Shown: positions 43,055 to 52,733 of the stretch, piece by piece
How positions within the stretch are numbered: position 1 is the first letter of the stretch
Layout: every line of letters begins with the position of its first letter
NCBI GenBank assembly: GCA_964486045.1
Contig: CAZALK010000009.1
Location: 96,001 to 160,000 of the forward strand
Source: an uncultured archaeon
GTDB lineage: Archaea > Asgardarchaeota > Lokiarchaeia > Sigyniarchaeales > SOKP01
Length of the DNA: 64,000 nt
Direction of reading: 5' to 3'
The notes under the pieces: model-generated
What the model was told of the DNA's origin: nothing
Databases searched by the model: none
The model's input: the letters and a program-made list of their open reading frames with translations, nothing else
Translations under genes and position numbers: made by a program

Positions 43055-43236
43055 AATTGTTTAAGATTGTTTTCATTTAATTAGATAATAATTCTAATAA
43101 ATACATTTTAATAAATCTATTTAAACTTAACTAAATGAATTTTGAGGTTTGTATCGTTAAGTTTTAGTGCGAATTAATCGAGATCTTCTTTATTTTTATC
43201 AATTGAAAAAAACTAATTGAGAAATTTGATTTTAAA

Positions 43237-44091
43237 TTATTTAATTAGAAATAAGCGAAGGAAAAATAAAAACAAATTCAAATCGTTTAATAGAGAATAA
43301 TTAGAGAGTAGGTAATCAAAAATGTTCTCTTCAATGAAAAATTTTAAACTTGTGAAATACCCTTCTTCAATCTTGAGGATTTCAACCATATTTTTAATCA
43401 AATTTATAAGTTCCTTTTCTACTACATGCATATCACAATTCATAGGATTTATGCTAATGATATCCATACCAATTTTTCTCTGAAATGTTACTTGACTCAA
43501 TTCTGGATTTTTTATAACGTTATCTAACTTTGAATAATTATCGAACATTTCTTCAATTTTATTATAAACTTCTTCTTTTATTTTATCAGATAAATGTACT
43601 TCAATTACATTAATAACTAAATTTAATGTCTGTTGAAAAATACCTAACATATCGAAAAATTCAGCAACAGTAGTTATTCTCTCAGCTTGTTTCCATTGTG
43701 TATAATATTCGTCAATAATGCTCTCAAATGGCTTATAAATCTCCACATTCCCCGTCCATTTACCTTGCCAGCTGGTTTTTCTCTCAGCATATTTTTGAAT
43801 AAATGTATGTCTAATAACATCAAGCCTTGATCTTAACATATCACTCTTGACTTCTTTCGAATCAGCCCCAATGAAAAGGAGGTTTGTGTCCTTATCTTGT
43901 ATATAAACCCATCGAAGTCCACCCATCTCAATTGAATCAATTCCTTGCTTAAATTCCACTATTGTAAACTGGTTAAGTGCCGTTAAGAGTCCAGAAACAA
44001 GATCCTCATTAACAGGAAAATCCATGTATGCCTTATATACCAGTGTAATCCCTGAGTCAGATTCCATGATCCATATATTAATCCTTAACAC
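43237..44091 (-). CDS. longin-like domain protein
   Basis: IWIMESDSGITLV..DLVSGLLTALNQF...IDSIEMGGLRWVY pattern. Confidence 0.65.
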   Translation of the reverse strand: MLRINIWIMESDSGITLVYKAYMDFPVNEDLVSGLLTALNQFTIVEFKQGIDSIEMGGLRWVYIQDKDTNLLFIGADSKEVKSDMLRSRLDVIRHTFIQKYAERKTSWQGKWTGNVEIYKPFESIIDEYYTQWKQAERITTVAEFFDMLGIFQQTLNLVINVIEVHLSDKIKEEVYNKIEEMFDNYSKLDNVIKNPELSQVTFQRKIGMDIISINPMNCDMHVVEKELINLIKNMVEILKIEEGYFTSLKFFIEENIFDYLLSNYSLLNDLNLFLFFLRLFLIK

Positions 44092-44134
44092 CTCTTTAAT
44101 TAATTTCCCTTTTATAATCTAACTACGAGTTAAA

Positions 44135-44626
44135 TTAAAATAGATCATTTAAAGAATTATTTTTAACCCAATGTTTTAATTTTCTTACCATTTCTGTTAT
44201 TTTATTTCTTAAAGTAAGTTCTGAAGCATTTTTTCCAATCAAATTAAGAAAATCGCTATCCATTTTAAAACTGCTTACAAATACTCCAAATTTTGTTCGA
44301 TTTGTTGATAGTTCTTTTATTCTCAATCTTCCTTCAAGTTCTTTTACATCTTTATTATTCCGAACATTAATCTCAATCAATCGTCCCTTTCCATCTTCCT
44401 GTTCACCCTGATCTTGTAAAACTAGTTCACCTTCCATTTCGACGGGAATTTTCACAATCTCATCTATTACCTTAGTATATAAGACATTGGGAGAGATAAA
44501 TTTTGCTTCCATTTTTTTAGCTGGATTCACTGTTTCCCAAAATTTTGCTGTGTAGAGTGCCTTTACTAGCAAATCTTTGTTACAATTTTCTAATTCTACA
44601 ACTTTTGAAATTATGCTTGTAGTCAA
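44135..44626 (-). CDS. hypothetical protein (possible SRPBCC/CoxG-like fold)
   Basis: 163-aa ORF; fold guessed from strand/helix pattern only. Confidence 0.55.
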   Translation of the reverse strand: MTTSIISKVVELENCNKDLLVKALYTAKFWETVNPAKKMEAKFISPNVLYTKVIDEIVKIPVEMEGELVLQDQGEQEDGKGRLIEINVRNNKDVKELEGRLRIKELSTNRTKFGVFVSSFKMDSDFLNLIGKNASELTLRNKITEMVRKLKHWVKNNSLNDLF

Positions 44627-44816
44627 AGGAATCTAATAACATAATAATTATCTTAAGTATTAAAATACAGAAGGCTTATAATAGTTTATATCTTTACTAT
44701 TTTTGAATTTTAAACATTTTATACAAATAATCGTCTCTCTCAGACTTCCTCAATTTAATCATTTTTGATCATTACTTTTTTATTTTCATCATCGACGATT
44801 ATTTGAAAATAAATTA

Positions 44817-45020
44817 TTATGTAGACCTAAATAATTTACTTTGCTCAAGATTATTTTCTTCTTTACAATGAGGACAAACCCAAATGTTCTTATTTTTCTT
44901 AACGGAGTTAATGCAATCACTACAAATTGCGATGTCGCAAATACAATAATAGGTATCCTCCATTGAACTTTCACAGTTCTTACTACAAATATAGCATATA
45001 GGTGGGGGCTTTTCAGACAT
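44817..45020 (-). CDS. small C4C4 RING-finger protein
   Basis: C-x2-C-x13-C-x-C-x4-C-x2-C-x12-C-x2-C. Confidence 0.75.
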   Translation of the reverse strand: MSEKPPPICYICSKNCESSMEDTYYCICDIAICSDCINSVKKNKNIWVCPHCKEENNLEQSKLFRST

Positions 45021-45101
45021 TATTCAAACCTAATTTATTTGGTGTATATTATACTTTTAATTTTAAGTAATATATTACTTTAATGCATAAATCGAAATTT
45101 A

Positions 45102-45308
45102 TTGTGTATCATGGACAGGTCAAGATCGGGAATTCGGTTATTGGCACTATTTAGTGTTTTTTTTATCTATAAAGCTATCATGGGAATGATTGAAAATAAT
45201 ACCAACGAAGTTATTTTATGGTTTCTGATAACCGTAGTGTATATTATCTCTCTAATTATTTTGAATCTTGTTATTACCAGATGGAAGAAGGAAGCGAAAA
45301 TGGAATAG
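45102..45308 (+). CDS. small 2-TM membrane protein
   Basis: two hydrophobic segments. Confidence 0.6.
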   Translation: MCIMDRSRSGIRLLALFSVFFIYKAIMGMIENNTNEVILWFLITVVYIISLIILNLVITRWKKEAKME

Positions 45309-45326
45309 AAATAAAATAACTGATGT

Positions 45327-45593
45327 TTATTTTTTTTTCCTAAGGAAATCCGGAATTATCTCATCAAGTCCAAGACTTTTTAATACAGTATCTCTTACAT
45401 TCATCTGAATAGTTAAATCTGACATTGTTTTCATTGTATTATCTAAAGATCTGCTCATCTCTTTTATAGTTTCAGAAGTAATTTTTAAGGAATCTCTTAT
45501 AGTAATATTTGTTTCATGCAATTCTTTCGTTAAATTATCCACACTGTTCCTCAGTTCAGAGATTTCTTTTTTAAATTCTTTAAAACCCGCCAT
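45327..45593 (-). CDS. small coiled-coil protein
   Basis: heptad pattern over ~60 aa. Confidence 0.65.
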   Translation of the reverse strand: MAGFKEFKKEISELRNSVDNLTKELHETNITIRDSLKITSETIKEMSRSLDNTMKTMSDLTIQMNVRDTVLKSLGLDEIIPDFLRKKK

Positions 45594-45709
45594 TATGTTT
45601 AATCTGTGAATTATTACTTAAATAGTATACTTAAAGCTATTTAAAATTGTTAAATAAACGAGGCTTTCAGCTTATTTTTATACAATAAGAAAAAAAAATG
45701 TTATTAATA

Positions 45710-46414
45710 TTAAAGGATATTAAATCCGAATATACTTACACCAAAAATCCATAAAGCGAATCCCTGAACCAAGCAGAATATCATGATTACAAAGGCAATA
45801 GGAGGCCAACTGAGAAATTTAGATATAGCTTTTAAAACACCTATATAAAATTTAACTGATATCGCAACTATGACTGTTATTATGATAAATATTATCACTA
45901 ATATCCATTTTGGATTTATAACTCCTGCAATTAAATTTACAGCCCAATCTGGAACAATTAAAGATATTACAAAAGCTGTAGCTGTGCCTGCTAAAAGACC
46001 AATTATACTAGCAAGAGGCAAATCAGAAATAGGCTTGAAAAACATTGCTGTTCCTATCACAATCAAGAATATACTTGTAAAGTGGTTAGCCTCTCCATCA
46101 CCAGGAGGGTTTACCCCAGGGTTTAATCTTGCATAGTCAAAACTGGGAGAAATATCTAAAATTAAGCTTGTTACCCCGCTCCATACAACAAATATTCCTA
46201 GAATTAATCCTAAATAAGATAACCCTCTAAGAAATTTAGTTACATTGAATTCCTCTTCTGCCTTTCTTTTCGTAAATGATCCTCTCCGTTTTCTTTCAAA
46301 ACCCAACCAAGTAATAGCCATGAATCCTGAAAGAACCATCATTATAGCACCAGATTCGGCAACCCAATTAAAAAAACTTCCGATAATAGCCCAATAATCT
46401 ATTTGTAAAATCAT
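45710..46414 (-). CDS. multi-pass membrane protein
   Basis: ~6 hydrophobic segments. Confidence 0.75.
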   Translation of the reverse strand: MILQIDYWAIIGSFFNWVAESGAIMMVLSGFMAITWLGFERKRRGSFTKRKAEEEFNVTKFLRGLSYLGLILGIFVVWSGVTSLILDISPSFDYARLNPGVNPPGDGEANHFTSIFLIVIGTAMFFKPISDLPLASIIGLLAGTATAFVISLIVPDWAVNLIAGVINPKWILVIIFIIITVIVAISVKFYIGVLKAISKFLSWPPIAFVIMIFCLVQGFALWIFGVSIFGFNIL

Positions 46415-46608
46415 ATTTTCCCAACAATTCTATGAAATTTTTAGATTTTAAATAAAAGTAGGATTATGGTTATAAAAATTTATTTATTATTATGAGATCA
46501 CACGAATTTAGGGTAAGCTGAAATTTCTTTATATTTATTACCATAATCATAATATACTAGTTCTTTTTTCTATCATTTAATCAAATAACATTATTTTAAA
46601 AGATTCAA

Positions 46609-46827
46609 ATGTCTGAATGGAAATATAGAATTAATAACAATTCGGGATATAACGACTGTTATCGTTATGGATGAAACGTGGTAGATGACATCATAAATAG
46701 TATTAGAGCAATGAAATTAATGAAATTAAAACGACAACAAAAAAAATTAAAAAAAAAAAAATCTCAAAGATTAGATCGACAAATGATAGGGTTTAACCTT
46801 AAGAATTCCGCAAAGAATTCGAGATAA
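46609..46827 (+). CDS. small ORF with in-frame TGA (possible Sec), 72 aa if read through
   Basis: MSEWKYRINNNSGYNDCYRYG(TGA 46672)NVVDDIINSIRAMKLMKLKRQQKK... Confidence 0.4.
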
Positions 46828-46990
46828 TCATACGAATTAAAATTTACTCTACATTCATGTTCAATTAACAAAAAATAAGCTTTAATTATAAAAAGTTCAA
46901 TTACTTGTGATGGTTTTTATCTTTTATAATAGCCACTCTTTTATCTGTTATTAACTACAGATAAATTAAGAAATTGAGAGGTATATTAAA

Positions 46991-47134
46991 ATGGAAGATG
47001 AAGAAGATTTTCTAAATTTAGATTTTGATGATAGTTGTTATACTACAACTTGATCACTGATTGGAATGTGGTATCGAAGAGCACAACAAATAAAAAAACG
47101 AGAAGAAAAACAGGCAAGAAAAAACCAAAAATAA
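46991..47134 (+). CDS. small ORF with in-frame TGA (possible Sec), 47 aa if read through
   Basis: GAGAGG upstream; MEDEEDFLNLDFDDSCYTTT(TGA 47051)SLIGMWYRRAQQIKKREEKQARKNQK. Confidence 0.45.
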
Positions 47135-47228
47135 TTAAATCTCAAGAAATTAAATTGTAAAATGTTAGGATTTAATTTTAAGTTCTGCGAGAACAAGAGA
47201 TTAGAAAATTAATATTCTTTTCTTTAAT

Positions 47229-48599
47229 TTATTTTGTCCTATCTTGACCTTCTCCTATCTTTCTATAGATAAAACCTTTACTCTCTACCACTTCTTTACC
47301 AAAGATATTACGACCATCGATTATAATTGGATTAATATTCATATTTTTTCTAAGTTCATCAAGGTTAGTGGAATAGTATTGTTTATGATTCGTAACAAAT
47401 ATTAAGGCATCAGCGTTTTTACTTACCTTGTTAAAATCAGATGTTAATTCCGTTTCTTTATAATCTCTTTCTGTAACCCATGGATCATGTGCTATATATT
47501 CGATATTATGGGAATGATAACGATTTTTTAAAAAGAGAATGATTTTTTCTGTTGGAGTATTTCTAGTATCATCGCAATCAGCTTTATACGCAACACCCAT
47601 TAAAGCAATTTTTAAATTGTCATATTTATCTGCCACTTTAAGTGCTTCTTCTAACAATTCAACCATATGTTCTGGCATGAAATCGTTAAGGTTTCTCGAT
47701 TTTAATAAAATTTCGGAATTATATTTGTTTTCAGTATAAGTACGATGACCATATACAAGGAGATGTGGATCCTTTGTTAAACAATGTCCACCTACACCAG
47801 AACCAGGATAAAGCATCATCCTATCATGCCTTTTATTTATTAACTCGACAATTTCAAAAATATTTCTATTAAAATCTTCAACAACCAAGGCCATCTCGTT
47901 GGCAAATGCGATATTAACATCCCTGTATGTGTTTTCTATACATTTTGTTAATTCTGCTGTTAAAGTGTCAGTTATTTGGAGCTCTTTTTTTACTACTTTG
48001 TTATATAAAAATAGGGCATTTTTATTTGCTATATCGCAGCCTCCTCCAATTACTCTCGGAAGATCTATTATATATTCGAGTAGTTTTCCTGGCATTACCC
48101 GTTCAAACGAATAAACTAAGTAGAAATCTTCTCCTCTTTTCATTCCACTACGTTTTTCTAAGATTGGTGCGACTATATTATCTGTAGTTCCAGGGGCAAC
48201 CGTTGATTCAATAATAACTGTGGCTCCTTTTTTCATGTGTGGTGCTACCAATTTTGATACATCTTTTAATGATTCGTAACGGGGTATCCTTTTTTCGTCA
48301 ACTGGAGTCTGGACATCAATTAAAATAAAATCCGCGTCATCTACTACATCATATTTATCTGTAACGTTAAACTTTCCATTCTTTACCACACGAGTTATCA
48401 AATCATCTAAACCTGGCTCATCTCCTTCAAAAGGGTTTTTTCCACTATTTAACCATTCTATTTTCCAACCTGAACGCTTTGATTGTCTTTGGATACCAGT
48501 GACGTATAGATTCTCCACATCAGCAAGTAATACCGCCATTGGAATTCCAACGTAACCCATTCCAATAACAACTATTTTTACTGTCATTTTAGTTCTCAA
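47229..48599 (-). CDS. nucleotide-sugar dehydrogenase (UDP-ManNAc dehydrogenase/WecC-like)
   Basis: GMGYVG, ESTVAPGTT, ENTYRDVNIAFANE, GVGGHC, DDTRNTP. Confidence 0.92.
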   Translation of the reverse strand: MRTKMTVKIVVIGMGYVGIPMAVLLADVENLYVTGIQRQSKRSGWKIEWLNSGKNPFEGDEPGLDDLITRVVKNGKFNVTDKYDVVDDADFILIDVQTPVDEKRIPRYESLKDVSKLVAPHMKKGATVIIESTVAPGTTDNIVAPILEKRSGMKRGEDFYLVYSFERVMPGKLLEYIIDLPRVIGGGCDIANKNALFLYNKVVKKELQITDTLTAELTKCIENTYRDVNIAFANEMALVVEDFNRNIFEIVELINKRHDRMMLYPGSGVGGHCLTKDPHLLVYGHRTYTENKYNSEILLKSRNLNDFMPEHMVELLEEALKVADKYDNLKIALMGVAYKADCDDTRNTPTEKIILFLKNRYHSHNIEYIAHDPWVTERDYKETELTSDFNKVSKNADALIFVTNHKQYYSTNLDELRKNMNINPIIIDGRNIFGKEVVESKGFIYRKIGEGQDRTK

Positions 48600-48856
48600 T
48601 AAATTTTAATGAATTTTAATAAATGATGGTGATTACTTATTGAAATAATTCATGCTAGAAAAATATTAAGATAACATTAGGATTAAAAGAATAAATAAAA
48701 TTTTAAAAGCTCTTTACATGAAAAAGTTTAACATCTCTTAAGAGATATATTAGACCACCATTTCAATGTTCTACATTCAGAAATCTTTGCGATAAAAATT
48801 ATGGACCTAGAATAAATATTGGCTATTGTTATTTTTTTCTTTATTATTAAAAATCT

Positions 48857-48945
48857 TGTTAAAATATGTTCAAGAAATGCTTAAATAGCCTTCATTAGTA
48901 AAGACCATCGGATCTTGGGTTTTAGCTGTTGATTTCTCTTTGAGT
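48857..48945. repeat. left arm of 89-bp inverted repeat
   Basis: reverse complement of 50226-50314 with 2 mismatches. Confidence 0.92.
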
Positions 48946-48979
48946 AATTGAACCTGAGAAATTTTCTTTTCTTTATTTA

Positions 48980-50146
48980 TTAAAAATCTTTTCTTTTTAG
49001 TGATAAGCTAACAATCCGTTTAGAAACTTTCTTAAAAAGGTTATCTCCTAAGAATAAGGCTTCAAGAAAATTTAAGTTTGAAAGACCTTCTGGTAGGCTC
49101 ATTAATTTATTACTATTAAGAGACAGATCTTTAAGAGATTTCAGTAGACAAATTGAATCAGGAAGACATCTTAACCGATTGTGAGAGAGGATTAATAATT
49201 CGAGATTTGTTAATTGCCCTAACTCTTTTGGAAGACATCTTAGTCGATTATTAGAAAGCTTTAATGATTTGAGATTTGTTAATTGCCCTAGCTCTTTTGG
49301 AAGGCAACTCAATTTATTACCTCCAATCCAGAATTCTTCAAGATATTCTAACTGGCATATAGAATTAGGAAGGAATCTTAATTTATTAGAGCCAAGAAAT
49401 AATTTTCTTAACAATTTAAGCTTGAAAATTTTGCTAGGAAGCTCCTTTATTTTATTACTATAGAGTATTAAAACTTGTAATGCATCAAACTTTAGAATCG
49501 CTTTTGGAAAATATTCAAGCTGATGCTCGTGAAGATCTATTTCTACTACTCTTTTATTGTCAATTCCTACTCTATAAAGCAATTCTTCCATTGTTAGATT
49601 GTATCCTAGAGCGTTTAACTGATCTAATAAATCCATTAGAAAGATAAAGTCCTTTTGAATGAGTATCAAATCCATAACTTCGTCAAAACTCAGGAATTTT
49701 AAAAATCCCTCAATCTCAAGAAATTTCATTGTCGCTTTATGCCCGCTTTTATATCTCTGGATAATTTCTGTTTTGAATACTTGTTTCGCCAACGGATCCC
49801 CTACCTCGCTTAATTTTTTCAATAACGGAAACGCAAGGTTGCTGTGTAAAAGACGCGTGTCATAATTATTCTCTGCCCAAACTTGCAAGTTGGAGCTGTG
49901 TGCCCAGAATTGCACTCCAGGAGGTATTTCAAGCTCAATTGCGTGGTCATCATGTTCTAAAGAATTATCTAATTCTTCAGCCGCTTCATCAATCGAGTTA
50001 ATTTCATCAAGTGAGGTAATTTGATCAACGGGAATATTTAACAGTAAAAATTTGCATTGAATAAATTGTTGCTTTTTTACATAAATAATCGTCTCATCGC
50101 TTTCAAGCTTAAGTGTGATGTAATCATTGACTCTAAATTCTTTCAT
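48980..50146 (-). CDS. leucine-rich repeat protein
   Basis: LxxLxLxxNxLxxLP 23-aa repeats after a non-repeat N-terminal domain; 69-nt internal duplication (49202-49234 / 49271-49303). Confidence 0.92.
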   Translation of the reverse strand: MKEFRVNDYITLKLESDETIIYVKKQQFIQCKFLLLNIPVDQITSLDEINSIDEAAEELDNSLEHDDHAIELEIPPGVQFWAHSSNLQVWAENNYDTRLLHSNLAFPLLKKLSEVGDPLAKQVFKTEIIQRYKSGHKATMKFLEIEGFLKFLSFDEVMDLILIQKDFIFLMDLLDQLNALGYNLTMEELLYRVGIDNKRVVEIDLHEHQLEYFPKAILKFDALQVLILYSNKIKELPSKIFKLKLLRKLFLGSNKLRFLPNSICQLEYLEEFWIGGNKLSCLPKELGQLTNLKSLKLSNNRLRCLPKELGQLTNLELLILSHNRLRCLPDSICLLKSLKDLSLNSNKLMSLPEGLSNLNFLEALFLGDNLFKKVSKRIVSLSLKRKDF

Positions 50147-50225
50147 TTACTTCTTATTTAAAGAATATATCCCTAACTATTTAAATCAAGTCTCTCTCTA
50201 AATAAATAAAAAAAGATTGCTCATA

Positions 50226-50314
50226 ACTCAAAGAGAAATCAACAGCTAAAACCCAAAATCCGATGGTCTTTACTAATGAAGGCTATTTAAGCATTTCTTG
50301 AACATAATTTAACA
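50226..50314. repeat. right arm of 89-bp inverted repeat, overlapping the 3' end of the response regulator gene
   Basis: see 48857-48945. Confidence 0.92.
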
Positions 50315-50657
50315 GGTCTTTACCCGAAAAGGGTTTTGTAATGTACCCATCTGCACCTAATCTCTTGCCTTTTTGGATATCTTCAGCAAAACTCTTAACT
50401 GTGAAAAGTACAACTAAAATATGCTTGAAGCGTTCTTCCTCCTTTACTTGACGTAATACATCCATTCCTGACTTTCCCGGCATCATAACATCGAGGAGGA
50501 TTAGGGCAATACTCTTGTATTGTTCTTCTATAACTCTCATTGCATCTTTTGCATTAGCACTTGTAAGAGTTTTAAAGTCTCCTAAATTTAAGAACTTTTC
50601 TGTTAGATTCAAAATGTCTGGTTCATCGTCGACCACGAGTACGACTTTACTCATCAT
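50283..50657 (-). CDS. single-domain response regulator (receiver)
   Basis: VLVVDDE, LLDVMMP, GADGYITKPF. Confidence 0.95.
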   Translation of the reverse strand: MMSKVVLVVDDEPDILNLTEKFLNLGDFKTLTSANAKDAMRVIEEQYKSIALILLDVMMPGKSGMDVLRQVKEEERFKHILVVLFTVKSFAEDIQKGKRLGADGYITKPFSGKDLLNYVQEMLK

Positions 50658-50818
50658 TTACTCACCAATATCTCATCGCTTTTCTTAATTAAAATTTTCT
50701 GAGTCATAATCCTACTATTTTTTGTCTTGATTAAGTATAAATTAATTTACTATATTTAATTGAATTTAGTCATTTATTAATATTTAAATAACCGTTTTTT
50801 TTAGAATTGTGATCCCAA

Positions 50819-51475
50819 ATGGTAAGACACCGTTTACCTAGATTTCCATTTGATTATATTAATGACAAGGCTGATGAATATAATAATTCAAGATGGATGG
50901 AGCGTAATCAAAAGAGAGCTACTATGTTAAGCATCCAATATCTTTTTGATGAAAAATTAGATAATAGTGAAGTGGATGGGATACAAATGGAAGATTCATC
51001 ACTAATTTTAGAGTTAGGGTGTGGGACGGGTTTTTCTTCCGAGGTCTTAATTGAAAATGGTTTTATTGTAATAGGCGTAGATATTTTACCTGATATGTTA
51101 TTAAAAGCAAGAGAAAAGAAGAAAGATATGAAATTTGAAAAATCATTATTATTAATTTTAGCTGATATTAATTATCTACCGATTAGAGCAAATGTTATTG
51201 ATCATATCATTTCGATCTCCTCCTATAACTTTATTATCCATGGAAATAAGAATTTTGGTGAAAAAATTAAGCTTCTCAATAATACAGCAAAATATTTAGG
51301 CAAAATTTTGAAGAAGGAGGGGAGAACAATCATTGAATTTTATCCTATAGATGATCAAGAATTAACTATTTTTAATAATTCATTTACTAAAAATGGGTTT
51401 GAAGGATTCATGGTGAAAAGCAACCCAAAACAAAAATCTGGTCAAACCTTTTTGCTATTAAAGAAAAGAGTATAA
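50819..51475 (+). CDS. SAM methyltransferase, Bud23/WBSCR22-like
   Basis: LELGCGTG plus ISIS, EFYP.DDQ, GFEG..V..NP segments recalled from Bud23. Confidence 0.7.
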   Translation: MVRHRLPRFPFDYINDKADEYNNSRWMERNQKRATMLSIQYLFDEKLDNSEVDGIQMEDSSLILELGCGTGFSSEVLIENGFIVIGVDILPDMLLKAREKKKDMKFEKSLLLILADINYLPIRANVIDHIISISSYNFIIHGNKNFGEKIKLLNNTAKYLGKILKKEGRTIIEFYPIDDQELTIFNNSFTKNGFEGFMVKSNPKQKSGQTFLLLKKRV

Positions 51476-51477
51476 AA

Positions 51478-52620
51478 ATGGGAACCTGTAAGTTTTGTGG
51501 GGAAAAAGATAGTGCAATATCTGAGATCCTTCAAGTGTGCAGAAAATGTGTTTTGGAAGGAGATTGGACCAAAGTAAAGCCACATATTTATACAGTTCAT
51601 GAGCAAGTGAGAAAACTTGTAGAATTACCTAAAGAACCACCAAAAGCACAAAAACCGTATATAAAGTTAAAATGCAATTATTGTATAAATGAATGTTCCC
51701 TCTCTCAAAATGATGTAAGTTATTGTGGATTAAGGAATATCCACAGAGAGAAAACTGGTGATTTACCTTTTCCATCTAAATCTAAAGGATATATTCATGG
51801 TTATATTGATCCAAATCCAACAAACTGTTGTAATGCCTGGTTTTGCCCAGCAGGGTCATCAGTTGGATTTCCGGAATATTCAGATTATGAAGACCCTGAG
51901 TTTGGGACATATAGTTATGCTGCATTTTTGTATGGTTGTACCTTTAATTGTTTATTCTGCCAGAATTCCTCTCATAAACATTTTTCAAAAAGAAATCTAT
52001 TTAACGCTGAAATGCTCGCAAATCAGATTGTTAATAATAAGGATATCACATGCATCTGCTACTTTGGTGGTACCCCAGAAGCTCAGCTGCCTTTTTCAAT
52101 TAATTTATCTAACAAAATACTAGAAAAAATTAAACAAGAAAAGAAAAAACGTAAATTTCGAGTATGCTTCGAATGGAATGGTTCAGGAAACAGAAATTTA
52201 ATTGAAAAATGCATGCAAATTGCTATTAATTCAGGAGGAAATATTAAATTTGATTTAAAGACATTCCATGAAAAATTAAATCTTGCTTTATGTGGAGTAA
52301 GTAATAAACGAACCCTTGATAATTTTAAATTTCTAGCTGAAAACTATTTTGGAACGAGAGGTCAAGATATGCCAGAGATGAGTGCTTGCACCCTATTAGT
52401 CCCGGGATATACTACCTATGAAGAAGTTGAGTTAATTGCGAAATTCATCAGTTCTATTAATAAAAATATTCCTTATAGCTTATTAATATTCCACGGAGAT
52501 TATCAAATGAGAGATTTAAGAGTTACAGCTCGAGAGCAGGCTTTAAAATGTTTGGAAGTTGCAAAAAAATATCTAAAAAGAGTAAATTTAGGAAATAAAT
52601 TCTTATTGGGAATAGCTTAA
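51478..52620 (+). CDS. radical SAM protein (PFL-activase/AmmeMemoRadiSam-like)
   Basis: GCTFNCLFCQN, YFGGTPE, KFDLK, LLVPG; N-terminal Zn motifs. Confidence 0.88.
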   Translation: MGTCKFCGEKDSAISEILQVCRKCVLEGDWTKVKPHIYTVHEQVRKLVELPKEPPKAQKPYIKLKCNYCINECSLSQNDVSYCGLRNIHREKTGDLPFPSKSKGYIHGYIDPNPTNCCNAWFCPAGSSVGFPEYSDYEDPEFGTYSYAAFLYGCTFNCLFCQNSSHKHFSKRNLFNAEMLANQIVNNKDITCICYFGGTPEAQLPFSINLSNKILEKIKQEKKKRKFRVCFEWNGSGNRNLIEKCMQIAINSGGNIKFDLKTFHEKLNLALCGVSNKRTLDNFKFLAENYFGTRGQDMPEMSACTLLVPGYTTYEEVELIAKFISSINKNIPYSLLIFHGDYQMRDLRVTAREQALKCLEVAKKYLKRVNLGNKFLLGIA

Positions 52621-52733
52621 TATAATACATATACCCTTTAAAAACTCAGATTTCAAGAACTAAAATAATAAAATTTAATTTGAACTACTCTTTTTAGATA
52701 ATAATATGATTAAAAGATTTGGTGAGTAAAAAA

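Noticed and set aside
46828-47228. Canonical SECIS downstream of the UGA ORFs
   Set aside because: No AUGA...GA kink-turn core flanking a stem was found by eye.
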